From positions 85,746,001 to 85,810,000 of the forward strand of contig NC_043005.1 in the NCBI RefSeq assembly GCF_006345805.1: a DNA stretch of 64,000 nucleotides, read 5' to 3'. Every line of letters starts with the position of its first letter. The stretch's first letter is position 1. Position numbers and translations under genes: made by a program. The stretch comes from Octopus sinensis (lineage: Eukaryota). Positions 25,401-39,175 of the stretch are shown here, piece by piece. The notes under the pieces are model-generated. The model had not been told where the DNA came from and searched no databases. It saw nothing but the letters and a program-made list of their open reading frames with translations.

Positions 25401-26463
25401 GCTCACAAATGGAGTACCGACAGTTCAGAGCATGCTGTCTATGTAATTTATTGTTCCATTATATCAATGTTGGTTGTATATCTAAAACACATGCACATTC
25501 AACATAAAAACACAGCAGCTATAAAACAGATTAATTAGACGTAAACACAAAGCAAACACACATTAAACAACCACCAACAAAAAATACGTAACTATACATA
25601 CACACACGTCCATACAAAGCGATAACTACATCTTTTGAAATTGCTATGAAAATTTAACTAGCTAACTACTGGTTCAAAGAATATAATTTAGCATTTTAAA
25701 TTCTCTTTGTGTGTTTTGTATCTTTACATGTTTTTCAATAAATAATTGAAAATTTTCCTCCTTTTTTTTTCTTCCCCAAAATAACCTTTACTAAGTTCAC
25801 TAAGATGCCCTGCGCTGAATTGTCTATGCACTGAATTGTCGGCGCTGAATTTTCAGGTACTGAAATGTCGCGTCACCCCATCAACACACACACACACACT
25901 CACACACACGGACGCACACGCACACACACACACACACACACACCACCACACTCACACAAACACACACACACTCACACACATAAACACATATATTCATACA
26001 TCTATCAATTAGTTGTGTAAGATATGAATTCAGAGAAATATGTGGCTATCACAGAAAGGTCCTCTTACGGACTCGGCTATCTGACCACATATTAATCCAG
26101 TACAGAGAAGTGTAATGCAGAGTATCTATGTAGCTGAAATCCAGAAGATTAGATCATGACATTACTTGAGTACATAAACCTGAAAAGTTAAAGATATATT
26201 AAACATAAATATATTTAGCTATTTGACGTCCTTAGGATTATGACCGTTTTAATGATGTCCTGGTGATCTTATTAGCTAACTTGTTGTGATTATATAATTG
26301 CATCGTGTACTTCATCGCATGCATATTAATGCAGACATGAAAAAGTTTATTCTACAATGAATGTTAGTACAACATGAAGATGGCTACGAAACGGCCGTAA
26401 ACTTCAGGACGTCATGTGGTTAAATAAATACATCCACCTCTCATACTTCCTGGCTTTTTATGG

Positions 26464-26525
<62 letters not shown>

Positions 26526-26620
26526 AGTATATATATAAATATATGTGTGTGTATAATATGCATATATATATATATATATATGTTTTGTGTGTATGTATGT
26601 ATGTATGTATGTATCTATAT

Positions 26621-26710
<90 letters not shown>

Positions 26711-29700
26711 ATATATACATATATATAAATATATATGGTTAAGCATATATAATTATTGATTCTTATACATAAATTTTTTATACATACATACACACATGCT
26801 CACAATTATGTATACTGAAACATGTTTCAAATAGAAGAGTGTTCTCCAGTTTAATCTATTTTTTAAAGAATTTTCCAGAATAATTGAAAGTGAAATTCTT
26901 TTTAGTTTGAAACACCAACATTTCTCAGTACTATCTCTTTCCAAGAACCTATCGTCTCTATCTTTGACTGAAGAGATATTATCCGCGTATCGTCCGCGTG
27001 TCTGTTGCTGTAGGCCATCAAGTTACACGGAAATACTAGAAGTGAGGAAATCTACCATACCAGATATAAAATTGTTGACCAATTTACTCATGGTAGATTT
27101 TGCGAGGTATTTTTATCTTCTGTAGTTACGAATCGAGTCTTGTATTGTATTTCCATATTAATATAGCATTCTTAGATAATATTTTTGTATTCTTTCTAAA
27201 GTTTATTATGTAGAATACATGGAATGGTAGTGGTGCCAACAATTATTCTTAATATCTGATTTTATTTCCAGTTCTGAATTATAATGCGTAGCATTGTTTT
27301 CTTATAGTGACTTCATTGTCAATCGACGAGACAGTGCAGTAATTGTCTGCCCAATATCAGATCTAATTGTTTACATATTTCATGCTGACATTGAATATTT
27401 TGTATTACCTCTTTTGTCAGACTCACATTCTTTCACTTGGAAATTCGTGGCTTCACGTGGATGAGAAAGTTCTGTTATTTAAAAAAAATATATAACTACG
27501 GGTCATTGTAATAACTGGCTTCGAGTATTGTGAATATTTAATGGCGTACTTCTCGCTGTCGTAACTAGAACGCATTCGATTAATATAATATGCAAAATTG
27601 TTGGCTTATTTTACTGGTATAGCAAATATTGTGTCATGTTCAGTGAATTTACTCTTCCATTATTGTATACAAGAGAATATTCTTGGTTAATGTGGCGAAC
27701 TCGCAGAACTGTCAAAGTGTCAGACGAATTGCATAACGTTGCTTCTGGCACTTTATGTTCTGAGTTCAAATGCTGGAGACGTCACCTCTGCCGTTCGTCC
27801 TCAGACATTGCAGACCTAACGCGAAATTTAGAAGGAAATATCGTATATCCTGGTTTGCAAAGAAACCGTGCTATAGAACTGTGCATTACATGTTGCTCTA
27901 AATCTTTATCATTGTTGTCAAAGTTGGTCAAATACTGATCCAGCAAATCGAATGTCAATTATCAAATGCATTCAAGTTGCGATCAGTCCGTGCTTAATTA
28001 TTCAGATATCCCAAGTACTAGACTATGCGATGCGTGTTTCCTTCTGTAGTGTCACCAGAGTTCTGATTTGTGTGAGATTTAGATGCCAATTGTAGCAGAA
28101 CGATCAGGTACAGCCACTCGTTGACGCTAGTAAATGTGTACAATTTATTACAGCCATAGAAGGACATATTGTTTATAGAGAGGGTAGTTGGAGAAAATTA
28201 TGAAAATAACAAAGACATACTTATTGGCACAGTAATTAGTAAACAAGGAATTAACGATTATGCTAAACCGAGCAAAAAATTAAATCTGGTGGAAAGAACA
28301 ATCAGGTGTCGAATTTGGAGAGGTGCGACAGCGTTGGTTAAGAAGCTTTGCACTAGACATTCCCAATGCATCTGTTCGAACTCTATCGAGATCAGATTTG
28401 TCTGACATCACTTCGGTATCGATATCTAAAATATCGGTGCAGTAATAAGACCAGTTCCCCACTCCGTCCTCTCCCTTTCACACTTTTTGTCTTTCATGAA
28501 GAAATCGGTTTTGAGCAAAACTGGAAATAGATTATTTTAGACAGCCAAGATACACATTTCATGCACAAAGCATGACATAACCTAGGAGGGTGCTTCAACG
28601 ACTGCATAGGGGATTGGTGACCGAAGGATAAGGAAAAGGCATGAGTACTGCAAAAGAAAGGGTTCTGCGAAATAACGGGTTCTGCATGTAAAACACACTA
28701 TTTTTGAATTATATAATTTGTGTCACCCTGGGTCTGTGGTTGAAGAAAAAATTCTCTAATAACCACAATGGGATTGGAATAATCCCTCCCCCTCCTACCC
28801 ATCATCATAAACAACACCAACATCCTCTGAACATTACTGTCTAGAATTCATGGACTTCAAGGGCTGATTATTCGGGTTCCATGGTATGTAATGATAGAAA
28901 GTTCAGCATTTCTTCTAAACGGAGTCTCCAGACAGACACAAGGTTGCCATTTGAAGCTGAGTGGAGTGAAGTAACGACAAATTGATTGTTTTGGTAAAAA
29001 GCACAAAGCACTGCATAGGTAGTGAAATTGAAACCACGATATTGGGATCATGAGAGTAACAACCTCGAAACCAGGTCACGTGTCTTTACTTTGAACTTGG
29101 ACCCATGGCATTTCAAAGACAATATATTATCTTGGGACCGTTTCATCCTTCAATGATAACGAGCTAAAACCTTGTATTATAAAATAAGCAAATGATTTTT
29201 TAAAAAATTGCACCAGGAACAGAACACTTAATTCATCGTACTTGATCAACCGAAAAGAAGTGATACAAGAGTTTAAAGAAGCAGAAAGCAGAAGAACTTG
29301 TTTTAAGAATTTTTTTTTCATTTTTACAAAAAGAAAATAAAAGTAAAAATAAGGAAAGAGATTAGAAAATATTTGAGTAAAAACATAAACAAAAAATCAA
29401 ATACACTTGAGGAGAAAAAAGCCTCTTTTATCAATAAATCGCCCACATATGTCCATTCACAGACACAGTATTGTACGAAGGGACATGCAATACATATACG
29501 TTCACACACACACATTCACACATGCACATATGCACACATTCCGCAACGAATCTTGAATAAAAAAAGTTCAGTAAAATTAAGTAGTTATTTCAAGTGTATT
29601 GATCAAACTACTTATTAAGAATTTGTTTCGTTCCATTATTAGTCATACGATGTTATAATTATTCTTATTATTCTTCTTAATTCTTAAACATTTAATGGGG

Positions 29701-29816
29701 TTAGCGTCGACGTTGCTTGTTGCAGCAACGTTCTTATGTTTAATTGTAAGTCATTTCAATTGGCGCGATTTTAAATTTTTTTCACCAAAAATTTCTCTCT
29801 CCATGCCGACGCTTTA

Positions 29817-30201
29817 TCTCTCTCTATATAAACGGCAGTTTGTCTGTGCGTGTTTCTGTGTGTCTGTTTGCTTGTACCCTCACCCTGACGACGGCTTTCA
29901 ACCGATTCTGATGAAACTTGACACACACATAACCCAATGTCATAATTCAAAAGTAACGCAGCGAAAATTTTGAAAAGTTCCCCCAGTTCTGAAAAAAATC
30001 GATAAATTCGACATGGGGTCGAGAATCAGAAACACGAACCACAAACTGTCTAGGGGACGCAACTCCACCTTTTTTAAATCTAAAAAAAAATTTACAATAA
30101 TTTTTTTTCCATTTTTTTGCTATTATTTGGCTATAACTCTCTAAAAATGCTTTATAGTTATTTCCCTTACAAACCTGAGCAACGCCGGGCAATACTGCTA
30201 G
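29817..30201 (+). mobile_element. Non-autonomous Helitron
   Basis: A|TC 5' end, GC-rich subterminal GAGCAACGCCGGGC, CTAG|T 3' end, no TSD; a second copy is at 36776-37162. Confidence 0.75.
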
Positions 30202-30642
30202 TAATATATAAATTTTTTTTCTTGTTTCAGCTGACAAATCAATTTAGAAATACGTTCATTTCTTCCTCTTCAGAAAATACGAACCCTTCAATGGATTTTA
30301 TTTGGATTTCCCAAACATTTATCGGTAGGAAAATATTACGCTTGCGCGTTTGTACTGAAATGAACACACTCTACAGATATATAAATATATAAGTATATTC
30401 ATATACACATGTTTATGCATATATGCATACAAAAACATGGCACAAAATGTGATTATGTATGAGGGGAATACACACAGACACACACATACATACACATACA
30501 AGCACAATATATATAATACATATATATATATATACACATATATATATATATATCATATATAGAAATATATATATATATATATATATTATATTATATATAT
30601 ATATATATATACATATATATCATAATATACATATATATATAT

Positions 30643-30678
<36 letters not shown>

Positions 30679-30704
30679 ATAAATATATATATATATATAT
30701 AAAC

Positions 30705-30735
<31 letters not shown>

Positions 30736-30774
30736 TAATATATATATATCATATATATATATATCCTATATGTA

Positions 30775-30807
<33 letters not shown>

Positions 30808-30947
30808 CTATATATATATATATAATATATAATCCATAAACATTGTACCGAAACACGAAGAGCACAACAGGTACGTGTACATATATACATAGAGCATATA
30901 TGCGCAAACGCATACCTATATATATATATATTATATATATATATATA

Positions 30948-32290
30948 ACGGGAAGCTTTATGAAAATAAACAAAAGACGAAGGCAGGTGGAAAACAAACG
31001 AACAATTGTATTATTATGGCGCTCAGGAAATATAAATAAAACAAGTCTTTAACGTTTCGAGCCTACGCTCTTCAACGAAAGATACACAGAGAGAGAAAAA
31101 CACAGAAAGAAGGAGAGAAAAAAAATGCGTGCAGTAGCTAACGAATCAACATGGCGATCTGATTTCGGCCAGAGGTCAAAGATCAAACATGAGACGCGAG
31201 AGCGAAATAAGGGGAGATAATAGGGTTGATAAAAGGGTTGAGGGACCAGCTAAAAGTGCGTGGGAGGGGTCTGGATGTGTGTATGTATAGGGTTGGTGTA
31301 TGTATTAGTATGTATAAGGATGTGTGTGTGTGTGTGTGTGTATGAGAGAGTATTAGTGCGTAGGATTGGTCTGGACGTGCGTATTTATGGGGTGGGTGTA
31401 TGTATTAGTATGTATTAGTATGTATTAGTACGTATTGGTATGTTATGTTAGGTGTGTGTTGTGTGTGAGAGAGTATAAGTGCGTATGCGGGTCTGGACGT
31501 GTGTATGTATAGGGTTGGTGTAAGTATTAGTATGTACTAGTATGTATTAGTACGTATTAGTATGTATTAGTTGGTGTGTGTATTAGTATGGCACATCATA
31601 TGTGATGTGATGTGTAAAGTCATGTGGTGTAGTGAGAAGAGGGGGAAGGGGGAGAAGGGGGAGAGAAGGGGAAAGGAAGAAGAGGGGAGGAGAAGGGGAA
31701 GAGGAGCGATGGGGAGAAGCGGTGAGAGGGGATGAAGGAGGAAAGAGGAGAGGGGGAGAGAGGGAGTAAGGGAGGCAGAGGGCAGAGGGAAGGGGAAAGA
31801 GGAGGGAGAAATAGGGAATAAGGGGAGGGAGTAGGGGTGAAAGGATGAAGGACTGAAGAAGTAGGGGTCGGGGGGGAGAACGATAGGTGAAGAGGGGGGA
31901 GAGAGGGGGGTTAGATGAGGAGGGGGGGGGAGGGAAAGACTCCAAATGGCGTATGAGAGAGCGAGAGAGAAGATTAATTCCTGTTCCACGGCGCAAACGG
32001 GAATCCGATGGCCTCTGTGTAAGGACAAACCGAACACAGATAGGTGTTGCAGGAGTGACCGGTGGAGCGGAAAGGCGTGAGACCGTGTGTCGTTCGCAAG
32101 GTGGAATGTCACGAAGGTGTTCCGCGAACCGGTCAGCCAAGCGGCGTCCCGTTTGTCCGATGTACAAGGAATTGCAGAGAGAGCAAGAGATGCAATAGAT
32201 AATATTGCGGGAGTGCAGGTGAAGGATGGATGATGGGATAGGGTCGATGGTGGGTGCTAGTGAGGCGGGTGATACGACGTTGCTTCTTTC
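30948..32290 (-). mobile_element. Penelope-like element, 5'-truncated (GIY-YIG region plus 3' region)
   Basis: IIYCISCSLCNSL(M)YIGQTGRRLADRFAEHLRDI GIY-YIG motif, a pyrimidine-rich 3' region, and a hammerhead-like motif at 31051-31077. Confidence 0.85.
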
Positions 32291-32374
32291 ATTTCCGTCT
32301 TACTAACTCCACTCACAATACCTTTGGTCGACTCGAGCTATAGTAAAAGAGACTTGCAACAAGGTTCCACGCAG

Positions 32375-33435
32375 TAAAAGTGCGTGGGAGGGGTCTGGAT
32401 GTGTGTATGTATAGGGTTGGTGTATGTATTAGTATGTATAAGGATGTGTGTGTGTGTGTGTGTGTGTATGAGAGAGTATTAGTGCGTAGGATTGGTCTGG
32501 ACGTGCGTATTTATGGGTGGGTGTATGTATTAGTATGTATTAGTATGTATTAGTACGTATTGGTATGTATATGTGTGTGTGTGTGTGTGTGAGAGAGTAT
32601 AGTGCGTATGCGGGGTCTGGACGTGTGTATGTATAGGGTTGGTGTAAGTATTAGTATGTACTAGTATGTTATTAGTACGTATTAGTATGTATTAGTTGGT
32701 GTGTGTATTGTATGGCACATCATATGTGATGTGATGTGTAAAGTCATGTGGTTGTAGTGAGAAGAGGGGGAGGGGGAGAAGAGGGGGAGAGAAGGGGAGG
32801 GAAGTAGAAGAGGGGGAGGAGAGAAGGGGAAGAGGAGAGGATGGGGGAGAAGGAAGGGGATGAGGGGGATGAAGGAGGAAAGAGGGAGAGGGGGAGAGAG
32901 GGAGTAGGAGTAAGGGAGCAGAGGGCAGAGGGAAGGGGAAGAGAGAGGGAGGGAGAAAGAGGGAAGAAGGGAAGGGGAGTAGGGGTGAAGGATGAAGGAC
33001 TGAAGAAGTAGGGGTCGGGGGGAGAAAGGATAGGTGAAGAGGGGGGAGAGGGGGTTAGATGAGAGGGGGGGGAGGTTGAGACCAAATGGCGTATGAGAGC
33101 GAAGAGAGATTGAGTCGAAGAGAGAAGAGAGAAGATTAATTCCTGTTCACGGCGCAAACGGGAATCCGGATGGCCTCTGTGTAAGGACAAACCGAACACA
33201 GATAGGTGTTGCAAGGAGTGACCGGTGGAGCGGAAATGGCGTGAGACCGGGTGTCGTTCGCAAGGTGGATGTCACGAAGGTGTTCCGCGAAACGGTCAGC
33301 AAGCGGCGTCCCGTTTGTCCGATGTACAAGGAATTGCAGAGAGAGCAAGAGATGCAATAGATAATATTGCTGGAGGTGCAGGTGAAGGAGTGGATGATGG
33401 GATAGGGTCGATGGTGGGTGCTAGTGAGGCGGGTG
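32375..33435 (-). mobile_element. Tandem second copy of the same PLE fragment
   Basis: HSFTCTSSNIIYCISCSLCNSLYIGQTGRR; repeats 31251-32290 with mostly single-base indels. Confidence 0.85.
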
Positions 33436-33594
33436 ATACGACGTGCTTCTTTCATTTCCGTCTACTAAATCCACTCACAAGACTTTGGTCGACTCGAGGC
33501 TATAGTAAAAGAGACTTGCACAAGGTTCCACGCAGTGGGACTGAACCTGGAACCATGTTGTTGGTAAGCAAGTTACCACGAAGTTACTCTTGCG
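33436..33594 (-). mobile_element. SINE family A
   Basis: Reverse complement of the family A head and body, directly 5' of the PLE fragment. Confidence 0.75.
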
Positions 33595-34139
33595 CCTATA
33601 TAAACACACACACACACACATATATACATGCTTGTATATACAAACATACTCACATGCAGACACACAGACGTGTTCGCGAGCGCGCGTGTATGCGTGTGTA
33701 AAATACTTCTTGTAAAATATGTCTTGTGATGATGCAACTGAATAATAAAGAAAAAAACTCGATAATCAGTTTCCTTGGTGTCTATGTGACCAAAAATACA
33801 ACGTTCCTTGTGTACGGGTTGGTGAATCTGGGGGTTATTCACTTTGAGCGGAGTGGGTTCAAGCAAAGCGGAAGTGTTTTGCTGGAGAAAACGATGCAAC
33901 GCCCGGTCCGGGAATCGCGACAATGATTTTGTGATTGTAACTGCAACAGCCCCGAATCACAAAGCGAAGAGCTTTCATCAACTGATTGTAAGAAGAGGGG
34001 AAAACCTTATGAAAGCGTGGAACTTGGAGATCAATAAATGCGGCAACTTGGAGATCAATAACTGCGATCAATAATTGAAATGTAGAAATCAATTATCATT
34101 TAGGACTATATGCCTCCCGTTCATTAGTTTAATAAGGAA

Positions 34140-35148
34140 GATGAAGCATGAAAAATGAGGCATAAATCTGAGGCATAAAACACTGGCTATTACAGAATTT
34201 CAAACTCAACTGAGCGACGAAGATTTTGACACCTCATGATCTGGAGAAACGAACAGAGGACCAAGAGTATGCAAGTCCTTCGTAAACGACTCTAACTGAT
34301 AATCAGAGTTTCAATTCCTCAATTTACAGTTATATGTTAACGAGGATTGCCTCGTTGCTTTGTTAAGAGAAGTGTGGAGGATAATCCTTGTTGCAAGGCC
34401 TTTAACATAACAGGACGAGTTGATATCAATCCCAGAGCATCTGTCAGGTATGTCCACAAAGGTGGCTACTATGGCAGAGCAGCAACAAACAAGTTGCTTC
34501 TTCGACCAGCTAATTTTAAGCGGAGAAAAGATTGCGCCAGTGAGATGTTGAAGACACTGGCATCCTGGGACACTGTAATACTCTCTGATAAATCCAGATT
34601 TGCTGTATTCTCTGACAGTGGTCGGGTTTGGGTCTGGAGACTGGGATCAAGAGTTTGAAGTGAAAAGATTGCAGCCAACAATGAAACGCTGTAGCTGTTC
34701 TGTGATGGTTTGGGGAGCAATTTCGAGCAATGGTCAATCAGAGCTGGTGGAGTGTGAGGGAAATATATACTCAGATAAATATGTGTACATATTGCAGAAA
34801 GGACTCCTAATCTTCTGCAGTGATGATATAATTAAAGTAGGCTCTCTATTTATAACATCTTGTCGCATGGCTAAAAATACCCGAGATTGTTTGGAAGAAA
34901 ATGGCATCGAAAGGCTTCCATGGCCGAGCCAGCTACAAGATATGAACCCTATTGAAAGTCTCTGGGGAATAATGGACAAGACACTTTGTAAAAAGAACAA
35001 GGAAACATCCCCCAAGCCATACCTTTTGAGATGACTGCATGAAACTTGGCAAGGAATTCTTCGAGAGAATATTCATCATCTGATCAGTAACATGCCTAAC
35101 AGGTTCCTGGAATTGAAAAAGGCAAAAAGCACGTCTACTAGATATTAA
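34140..35148 (+). pseudogene. Tc1 transposase relic (different family from 20939-22199)
   Basis: VILSDKSRF, SVMVWGAIS, LPWPSQLQDMNPIESLW and ...STRY*; frameshifts present; TIRs not identified. Confidence 0.85.
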
Positions 35149-35784
35149 ATATTCACATTATAACGATTTATAAATAATTTGAATGTATAATTCTAGATTT
35201 AAATAAATTTTAACGATTATAAGGTATCTATTTACTTGTCATGATTGTGTGTATATACGTATATATATACCTACATAATACATGTGTGTGTGTGTGTGTT
35301 TGTATGTATATAGATATACATACGAATATGTATGCATAGGGAATCGTTAATGGCGTCGAAGCTAAAAGTGTAAATTAAGTATTCTTTATCTACCGGAACA
35401 AATTTGTTTTCATTGCATTAATTTTTTTTCTTTTTAATTCGAAATAGTTTCCGTAGTCCTATCTCATCAACGTCGGAGAATTTCGTTGTGGAAAGTGAAA
35501 ATAAAAAAATTGGAATCATTTCTTCTCTACCTCACATCCTTTCCTGTCCGCACGCACACACACCTACACTCACCTGCACTTATATAAATGTATTTATCTG
35601 GATATATGTTTAATTTTGCGAAAACAAATTATCACAATTGACATAACGTTGATTTTTACAAGGCAAGGTTATGATCTATCTCTTCTTCTTTCGTCATATC
35701 ATCACGTATATTCTATATTACTTTATGAATATGTATAAAAAGAATAATTACAACACTTAACAACAGCGCTTAAATATAAGATAT

Positions 35785-35925
35785 GCAGGCGTGGTTGTGT
35801 AGTAGGAAGCTTGCTTTCTAATCACAGAGTTATGGGTTCAATCCCACAGCGTCGCACCTAGGGTGAGTGTCTTCTACTATTGCTTCGAGTTGATTTGGTA
35901 GAAGAGAACTGAAAAAAGCCCGTGG

Positions 35926-35927
<2 letters not shown>
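35785..35927 (+). mobile_element. SINE family A (degenerate)
   Basis: GCAGGCGTGGTTGTGTAGTAGG...GGTTCAATCCCAC...GTGTCTTCTACTAT. Confidence 0.7.
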
Positions 35928-35959
<32 letters not shown>

Positions 35960-36775
35960 TATCCATAAACATATGTACAGAAACACACGAATGCGCATCA
36001 CACAGGTACATAGAGCATACACGCGCGCATGCGCGCACACCCGCCCACCCCCACACACACAAACACACGTAATTGGTCGCTTGGTTGTAAATTAATTAAT
36101 AGATAGAAATATCCCTTGGTTCCGCTCTCATAATTGTTTCGCTAATCCAATAACAGCAATACAAAAAGTATGTAACCCGTAAACCGGTTTTTGTGCATTT
36201 ACAGAGTATACCGAACTGTCTTACTTATAGGAATTCACAGTAAGTTATGAATACCCAAATTGTGAAGTCACTTATGTAATAACATGAAATTAGTTGCCCG
36301 ATAGAAAGAATTTAAATAAAGTTGCCCCGAATAGGGCTTTAATGCGTCCCCAGAGTATATAGAACTTAGGAGGTAATACTAATAAGGTATGTATACTAAA
36401 ATCGTGAAGCATATTACGTAAAAACAGGCTAATTAGATATGGGATAATGACAATTCAAAGTAAATAATTCTGAAAAGGGATTTTGTTCGCTCCCAGAGAA
36501 TATTACTCTCAGTAGTGCTAGTGTTGGTATATTCGTGAATAAGTCACCAACCGAAATAAGTGGATCTATTGTTTAGAAAAATACTATTTACTTGTTTAAA
36601 GGTTGTACTAGATAAATTGCGAAAATATCTCTAACAATTCATATACTAAGAAATAAGCGCACCCAATTTCATTTTTACGAAATAATTTAAGAAAATTATT
36701 GGGTTATTTCCATTGGCTGTTAAAATTTGGGTGAATGGGTTATTTCCCTTCGCTGTTAAAATGAAATATATTAGA

Positions 36776-37162
36776 CTAGCAGTATCGCCCGGCGTTGCTC
36801 AGGTTTGTAAGGGAAATAACTATAAAACATTTTTAGAGAGTTATAGCCAAAAAATAGCAAAACAATGGAAGAAAAATGATGGTAAATTTTTTTTGAGAGT
36901 AAAAAAAGGTTGAGTTGCGTCCCCTAGACAGTCTGTGGTTTGTTTTTTTTTTATTCTCGACCCCATGTCGAATTTATCGATTTTTTTCAGAACTGGGGGA
37001 ACTTTTCAAAATTTTCGCTGCGTTAGTTTTGAATTATGATATTGAGCTATGTGTGTGTCAAGTTTCATCAGAATCGGTTGAAAGCCGTGGTCAGAGTGAG
37101 GGTACAAGCAAACAGACACACAGAAACACGCACAGACAAACTGCCGTTTATATAGAGAGAGA
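36776..37162 (-). mobile_element. Non-autonomous Helitron, same family as 29817-30201
   Basis: Reverse complement has A|TC...GAGCAACGCCGGGCGATACTGCTAG|T and similar length (387 vs 385 bp). Confidence 0.75.
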
Positions 37163-37379
37163 TATATATAAGGATCTCTTCCATGTGCCCTATTGTCGAC
37201 TTTTTCAACAATCCGAGTGTGCCATGAGATTTCCAGACATGAGTTCTACTCATGTGTCAAGTTCCATCAAAGTCGATAAAACGATGTAGCAGAAGTTAGT
37301 TAACAATTCTACAAACACACCAACAGACAGAATTTCCCCCCCCCCCCACACATATATATATATATATATATATATTACA

Positions 37380-37505
37380 TATAAAACTGAGAACGTGTGC
37401 CTATCTGTCTGTGTGAATCCCTAAAACGTGAGAACTACCCAACCAATTTCATTCAAATTTTACACATGCCTTACTTAGGGTCCATGGAGTGTCAGGGGCA
37501 AAGCT
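37380..37505 (+). mobile_element. Helitron-like 5' fragment (second family)
   Basis: ATATAAAACTGAGAA...(TGTC)n...AACCAATTTCATTCAAATTTT, also present at 43687-43860. Confidence 0.5.
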
Positions 37506-37644
37506 CTGGGCGACATGGGTTGGGTTGGGTTAAACTCGTACACCAATACACATATAAACGCGTATATGTTTGTATGTGAATGTTTTTATGTGTGTGCGTG
37601 TATGGATGTGCATGTGTGTGTGTGCGTGTGTGCGTGTATCTGTG

Positions 37645-38205
37645 TGTATGGTCAGGGCACTTTCCTGTGCTACTGGTAACAAGTAACCTAGTACAACCTG
37701 TTGCATGGTCGGGTCTTCGGCGACTAAACCGGCAACCACACCAGGCTTGCTTGGTGAGGAGGGTGTTTATTGGACACGCTGCGGGATGAAAAATAAAACC
37801 CGTCAAAGGACGGAGGAACTCTTGAGAGTCAACGGCCATCCAATAAATGTCTTAAGGCTGTATTGTGCGCGGGGACAGAAATAATCGGACTGAATACCCG
37901 ATCGCGCGGTTAAACCATTGGGAATGAAGGACTCCTAGCCTTTGTTAGGGCATCTTTCTAGGAGAAGGTAACTCAGGTAACTGGGATAACTCCGACATAA
38001 AACTGCGGCTCAGTGGTTACCGATGATGTTGACTTGTTCTTCTTTTCGGATTATGGCTGCTGTTGCTTAGTGAGTCGGATTGACTCTGTGCCCAGCCTTT
38101 CTTCACTTCAAAAAAAATCTTCTTGCACAGGCATTGCACGATAACAACATCGATTAAGCTTGTGCAATGGCCATACTCGATAACGAGAGGGCAGCCACCA
38201 TGTAC
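37645..38205 (+). mobile_element. Interspersed repeat resembling an RTE-type 5' UTR (non-autonomous derivative?)
   Basis: GCATGGTCGGGTCTTCGGCGACTAAACC...CTAGGAGAAGGTAACTC motifs resemble RTE 5' UTRs as I recall them; no ORF; ends in (GTAT)n. Confidence 0.35.
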
Positions 38206-38319
38206 ATGTATGTGTCTGCACGTATGTATGTGTATGCGTGTATGTGCGTGCGTGTACGTGTGTGTACGTATGTATGTGTATATGTGTATGTATGTTATGT
38301 ATGTAAGTGTATGTGTATG

Positions 38320-38351
<32 letters not shown>

Positions 38352-38422
38352 TGAATGAATGTATGAATATGTATGTTTGTGTATGTATATATGTGTATGC
38401 ATGTATGTTCAATCTCACGTAC

Positions 38423-38795
38423 ACATATGCAGCAGCGTTTTAGTCAACGAAAATTTGAAATACGAAAACATCGAAGACGAACTTGTTTCGCGAACAACGA
38501 AAGAAACATAAGAACAGCTTTCCAGTTATCGGCTCTTTTATCGCCTCCGCATTTCGACATAATGCGTCTTCGTCTCAAACTGTTGCTCCCGTTACGGTTA
38601 AAATAAATTAGAGATTTTTGTTTTACTTCTTTCAGTCATGCTGGAGCAACGCCTTTAGTCGAGCAAATCGACCCCTGGACTTATTCTATGTAAACCCAGT
38701 ACTTATTCTATTCGTCTCTTTTGCCGAACGTTACGGCGTGTAAGACACACCAGCATCAATTGTCAAGCGATATTGAGGGGACAAACACTGACACA

Positions 38796-38850
<55 letters not shown>

Positions 38851-39100
38851 TTATATAACACCTTAATATCTCAAATTTTATGCCTAAGACATGTATTTTC
38901 TATTCTGGCTTTTATATATCTCTACTAATACTTTATATTTATATCTATATATATAAATATTAGTAGCTTCCTTACGAACCACATGGTTCCAGGTTCAGCC
39001 CCACTGCGTGGTGCCTTGGGCAAGTGTCTTCTACTATAGCCTCGGGCCGACCAAATCCTTGTGAGTGGATTTGATAGACGGATAATGAACGAAGCCGGTC

Positions 39101-39139
<39 letters not shown>

Positions 39140-39140
39140 A

Positions 39141-39175
<35 letters not shown>

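Noticed and set aside
28033-28130. Possible 58-nt exon (TTCCTTCTGTAG...CAG|GTACAG)
   Set aside because: Stops in all three frames and no other support.
28280-28462. 60-aa minus-strand ORF and overlapping 78-aa plus-strand ORF
   Set aside because: No recognisable domain and no convincing donor site; the length is within chance expectation.
31630-31930. Polypurine/G-rich tract as a regulatory G-quadruplex or triplex
   Set aside because: It is the intrinsic 3' region of the PLE family (also ~32760-33070 and, inverted, ~49930-50270); there is no evidence for a host function.
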